Positions 7,177-10,190 of a stretch of DNA of 10,190 bases are shown piece by piece. Below the pieces are notes generated by a model, which saw only the letters and a list, made by a program, of their open reading frames with translations, was not told the origin of the DNA and searched no databases. The position numbers were made by a program, and so were the translations under genes. The first letter of the stretch is position 1; every line of letters begins with the position of its first letter. Source of the DNA: Oligoflexia bacterium (GTDB lineage Bacteria > Bdellovibrionota > UBA1018); NCBI GenBank assembly GCA_043732485.1, contig JAYTHP010000190.1, forward strand, positions 1-10,190, read 5' to 3'.

Positions 7177-8081
7177 GCGAAAACTCTCCCTTCGGTGGTT
7201 CTTCTATTTCTGCTAAAAAAGACTCCAAGCTGCAACTCATGCCTCCAGTAGCGGTGCATGAGTTGGAAGAAGCCGAACCGCGCGCGAGCGAAGGGGATGA
7301 GTCCAATTGGCTGATCTCCTACGCCGACATGATGACGCTCTTGTGTGGTTTTTTCATCATGCTGTTTAGTCTCTCCACCCTAGAAGAGAAGAAATTTGAC
7401 TCCTTCAAAGAAGCCATGTCCAAACAAATGGGTGGCAAGTTTGAAGCCAGCAAACCCGCCACCTTAAGTCCGCCCCCCCCCTCGGTCACTGCCCCACCGC
7501 CTGCTAAAGCCGCAGGCGTGGTGATGCCCACCCACTTAGAGCGCTTAGGCGACATCCTCAAAAGTGACCCCGAGCTCACCCACAAAGCCCGGGTGACGAC
7601 GGATCCAAAAAGCCTAATGATTACCTTCCAATCGACCCTATTTTTTGAAACCCTCAGCACCCAGCTCACCCCGCCTGCCCATCACCTGCTTACTCGCATC
7701 ATGGAGCAAATCCAAAAATACGAGAACCAAGTGCATACTCCTTTTAAAATCATTATTGAAGGCCATACCGACAGTAGACCCATCACCTCGGGGATCTACC
7801 CCAGCAACTGGGAGCTCTCTGGCGCTCGCTCCGCCCGCGTGGTCAGGCTGTTTCTTGAGAAAAACTTCCAACCCACCCAGCTCACGGCCATCGGCTACGC
7901 CGACACCCATCCCGAGGTGAACGCCCGCACCAAGGACGGCAGCTGGAATGAAGCCCTGCTGATCCAAAATCGCCGAGTGGTGATTCGCATCATCGAAGGG
8001 CAAAATGAGTCGATTCCCTATCCGGCAGCACTCGCCGCCGCCCCTGCCCCGACCGTCAAAGCCTTACCGCAAAAACAGTAG
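7173..8081 (+). CDS. motB: Stator B subunit MotB/PomB family with OmpA-like peptidoglycan-binding domain (302 aa)
   Basis: NWLISYADMMTLLCGFFIMLFS TM with the essential Asp (D52, nt 7326-7328). OmpA-C motifs IIIEGHTD, YPSNWELSGARS, GYADTHP, NRRVVIRI. Confidence 0.96.
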   Translation: MSENSPFGGSSISAKKDSKLQLMPPVAVHELEEAEPRASEGDESNWLISYADMMTLLCGFFIMLFSLSTLEEKKFDSFKEAMSKQMGGKFEASKPATLSPPPPSVTAPPPAKAAGVVMPTHLERLGDILKSDPELTHKARVTTDPKSLMITFQSTLFFETLSTQLTPPAHHLLTRIMEQIQKYENQVHTPFKIIIEGHTDSRPITSGIYPSNWELSGARSARVVRLFLEKNFQPTQLTAIGYADTHPEVNARTKDGSWNEALLIQNRRVVIRIIEGQNESIPYPAALAAAPAPTVKALPQKQ

Positions 8082-8095
8082 GCAAATATTGCCCC

Positions 8096-8137
8096 TTGAC
8101 CAGATCTAAGCCTTTTGTGATTATTAAATAAAAGGAG
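8096..8137 (+). promoter_or_regulatory. Candidate sigma70 promoter and ribosome-binding site for the 8148 gene
   Basis: TTGACC (8096-8101) - 17 nt - GATTAT (8119-8124); SD AAGGAG 8132-8137. A small hairpin GGCAA-ATA-TTGCC (8081-8093) lies just upstream. Confidence 0.45.
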
Positions 8138-8147
8138 ATCAAAATCA

Positions 8148-9233
8148 ATGCAATGGAATTGCCCACAATGCGGAGTCTACCTCACCCTACCCCAAGAGTC
8201 ACTCGGAACTGGCTGGGCATTTTCCCGGTGTTATCAATGCGCGGGATTTGCACTGATTCGTCGCACCGAGGTTAACGTCATTAAAGTCGACCGCGCCCCG
8301 CCAGGCGAGCGCGTACTGCTGCCTGAAGCCCTACGTCCTGGGAAGTTTGCAGCCGCCGCAGCCTCCTCCTCCTCCTCCCCCCAAAGCAACGCGCACGCAA
8401 CCTCAATCCCGTTGCTCCGTGAATTTAACTCACACTTGATGCCAGAGACGACCACCACTACGCCGCTATCGTCGCCTGCCCATCTTAGATCGCTTGGAGG
8501 ATCTCTTGGAGTCAGCTTCTCCGAGCACGGCGCAACTGCGGACGAAAGCCACCTTCACAGCCCTCCCAAACTGCTCACCGCTGGTTCTCCCGTCGGCCAG
8601 CCCGAAACCCGCGGCGGTAGCTCGGCCAGACGCTACCTCACCTCCTGGATGTCGCTTGCAATTTATGCCTCAGGCTTCGTGTGCGTCGGGAGCGGCGCTT
8701 ATCTCGCCATCCAAGTGCAAAACTATATTACCCACCTGATGCCAACCCAGCGCCACCCTGCCGCAGCCGTCATCAGCAGTAACCCTAACAACAGTGCTGC
8801 CCACAAACCGGGGCCAAGCCAGGCTCTCGCGCCCTCGTCGCTAGCCGTTGCTCCGACGCTTGCTCCTCCGCTGCTTGACCCCAAACAAGGACAACAAGTC
8901 GCCATGATTACCGATAAAATGCAGCAAAGCGCCATGGCCCCCATCCCCGCTGACAGCAACCACCCGCCCACGCTGCTCCCACCCACACCACCAGCCTCCG
9001 CTCCCAAAGTGTGGATCAGACTTCAAGGCGCGCAACTCCACCTCGGACCAGGGACCCAGTCCGCCGTGGTCGGACAAGCCGCAACCGGGCAAGCCTACCA
9101 GGTGTTGCAAGCGACCGAGTCGGGCTGGTCTTTCCTCCAAGAGGATCCCCAAAACCCATCCCTGAGCGCCAACGCCTTGCCGCTCCAAAAAGGTTGGGTT
9201 AAGAACGAGTGGCTAACGCACTCGCACCCCTAA
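8148..9233 (+). CDS. Bitopic membrane protein: N-terminal zinc ribbon (MJ0042/zinc_ribbon_4-like), TM helix, Pro-rich linker, C-terminal SH3b-like domain (361 aa)
   Basis: Strong SD. CPQC-x19-CYQC at the extreme N-terminus. TM WMSLAIYASGFVCVGSGAYLAI (nt ~8646-8711). C-terminal AQLHLGPGTQSAVVGQAATGQAYQVL...GW...KGWVKNEWL matches the bacterial SH3 pattern (NLRxGPG...GW...GWV). Confidence 0.85.
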   Translation: MQWNCPQCGVYLTLPQESLGTGWAFSRCYQCAGFALIRRTEVNVIKVDRAPPGERVLLPEALRPGKFAAAAASSSSSPQSNAHATSIPLLREFNSHLMPETTTTTPLSSPAHLRSLGGSLGVSFSEHGATADESHLHSPPKLLTAGSPVGQPETRGGSSARRYLTSWMSLAIYASGFVCVGSGAYLAIQVQNYITHLMPTQRHPAAAVISSNPNNSAAHKPGPSQALAPSSLAVAPTLAPPLLDPKQGQQVAMITDKMQQSAMAPIPADSNHPPTLLPPTPPASAPKVWIRLQGAQLHLGPGTQSAVVGQAATGQAYQVLQATESGWSFLQEDPQNPSLSANALPLQKGWVKNEWLTHSHP

Positions 9234-9809
9234 GCCTACGGCGACGTTTTTATCGTCGGCTGTTCACGAAACTTAAGCGCATGGCGGCGGCAAGGAGCGG
9301 GATGGAGTGAAACCCTCACCCGCCGCAGTCTGATTGCTTGTGATCACACTGTCAGGGGCCTGAGAGGGGAGAAGCGCTTGGCAGTTGCGTGGTAAACTGC
9401 CCATATAGCCCTGTTTCGGAAAATTCGATTTTCCTTTAGCCTCCTAGCGCAGGTAATCCCCGGGACGGTAGGCCTTAAGCGCTTGGCTTTCTTTACGATT
9501 CACTCGGATTACGACCTTCTCTTAGGACTGATTTTAGGCCCTAACCCTCTGATCTGATTCAGGAAAAATAATTAAAAAACTGCCTTACTCCTGTTATTCT
9601 ACCAAATCTACCAAATTCTTTCAAAATTAACATTTTGGCCATCTTGCTCGCCGGTTTCTTTTTTGACGCAAGGAGTCATGCTTAACTGAACCCAAGGTAA
9701 GCGACCGACAGCATATCAGCCCCACCCCCCGCTTTCCATCCGTAAACCACTAGAAATGGAGTCATTAAATGACCCTGTCACACAGCAGGGGGTTGGCCGC
9801 CGACAGGTG

Positions 9810-9937
9810 GGTGAACTAATTACTACCGCTGCGAAGGATCTCTGGTGAGGGACCGGCGGCTTTTTAGGGGATCGGAGACTGGGGTCTTTGCACGCCGTTA
9901 GCACGACGGGTGGGCGAAGCGGGGTTGCAGTATGGCA
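9810..9937. repeat. Direct repeat copy 1 (>=128 bp)
   Basis: Matches 10063-10190 with 5 substitutions and no gaps in 128 nt. Confidence 0.95.
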
Positions 9938-9984
9938 TCGCCTGGGACCAGGCTGATCCAGCGTCAGCGCCGTAGGACCTTGAC

Positions 9985-10021
9985 GGGGTCTTTAGAGGAT
10001 ACAGGTGCTTTTAAAGACCCC
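9985..10021. repeat. Perfect 10-bp inverted repeat between the two direct-repeat copies
   Basis: GGGGTCTTTA (9985-9994) ... TAAAGACCCC (10012-10021), 17-nt spacer. Confidence 0.85.
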
Positions 10022-10062
10022 CGGCTCTTATCGAGTCTATGGTATCGAGAGGCCCTGCTGTC

Positions 10063-10190
10063 GGTGAACTAATTACTACCGTCGCGAAGGAGCTCTGGTG
10101 AGGGACCGGCGGTTTTTTAGGGGATTGGAGACTGGGGTCTTTGCACGCCGTTAGCACGACGGGTGGGCGAAGCGGGGTTGCAGTATGGCA
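10063..10190. repeat. Direct repeat copy 2 (truncated by window end)
   Basis: 123/128 identical to 9810-9937; period 253 bp. Confidence 0.95.

Noticed and set aside
6385..8081. Zorya ZorA/ZorB, ExbB/ExbD, TolQ/TolR or AglR/QS interpretation of the stator pair
   Set aside because: A subunit is normal MotA length with flagellar-type TM motifs and no long ZorA tail. B subunit has the W...YAD TM plus an OmpA-like NWELS/NRRV domain absent from ExbD/TolR.
1466..9202. Remaining short ORFs in the track overlapping the main genes (e.g. 3894-4463, 4645-5016, 4838-5230, 7319-7669, 7638-8003, 8841-9188)
   Set aside because: All are antisense or out-of-frame shadows of well-supported CDSs with no motifs of their own.
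9353..9472. TPP riboswitch (CTGAGA and GGTAAT...GTAGG fragments)
   Set aside because: ACCTGAT core and P5 pairing are missing, spacing is wrong, and there is no downstream thiamine gene.
9716..9904. 62-aa minus-strand ORF
   Set aside because: GTG start inside the non-coding repeat, no clear SD, no recognisable protein features.
9915..9937. c-di-GMP-I (GEMM) riboswitch, suggested by AGCGGGGTTGCAGTATGGCA resembling its 3' end
   Set aside because: The upstream GGCAAA...GAAA...GACGCAAAG core is not present on the same strand; an Rfam scan would settle it.

Overview
Bacterial, moderately GC-rich window with one divergent lipoprotein gene and a co-directional cluster of six envelope genes. The cluster encodes (1) an exported CsgG/FlgO-like + C-terminal outer-membrane beta-barrel protein, (2) an exported TPR protein, (3) an 824-aa membrane protein, (4) motA, (5) motB and (6) a zinc-ribbon/TM/SH3b protein. 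By eye, the 824-aa protein reads as a natural FliF-FliG fusion: two tandem periplasmic ring-building-motif-like repeats, one TM helix, a FliF C-terminal-like helix, then FliG N/M/C-like domains. No flagellar export, rod, hook, filament or fliM/fliN genes are in the window. The FliG-like part lacks the FliM-binding EHPQ motif, and the canonical torque-coupling charges are altered on both rotor and stator. My main hypothesis (inference) is a self-contained, orthogonal, possibly non-flagellar rotary motor spanning the envelope. The gene content is reminiscent of Bdellovibrionota/deltaproteobacteria-like predators (unverified). Non-coding features: a 4x13-bp tandem repeat and a sigma28-like promoter in the divergent intergenic region, and a hairpin-rich 3' region ending in a >=128-bp direct repeat (96% identical, 253-bp period). 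All family assignments are by-eye motif recognition; no searches were run.
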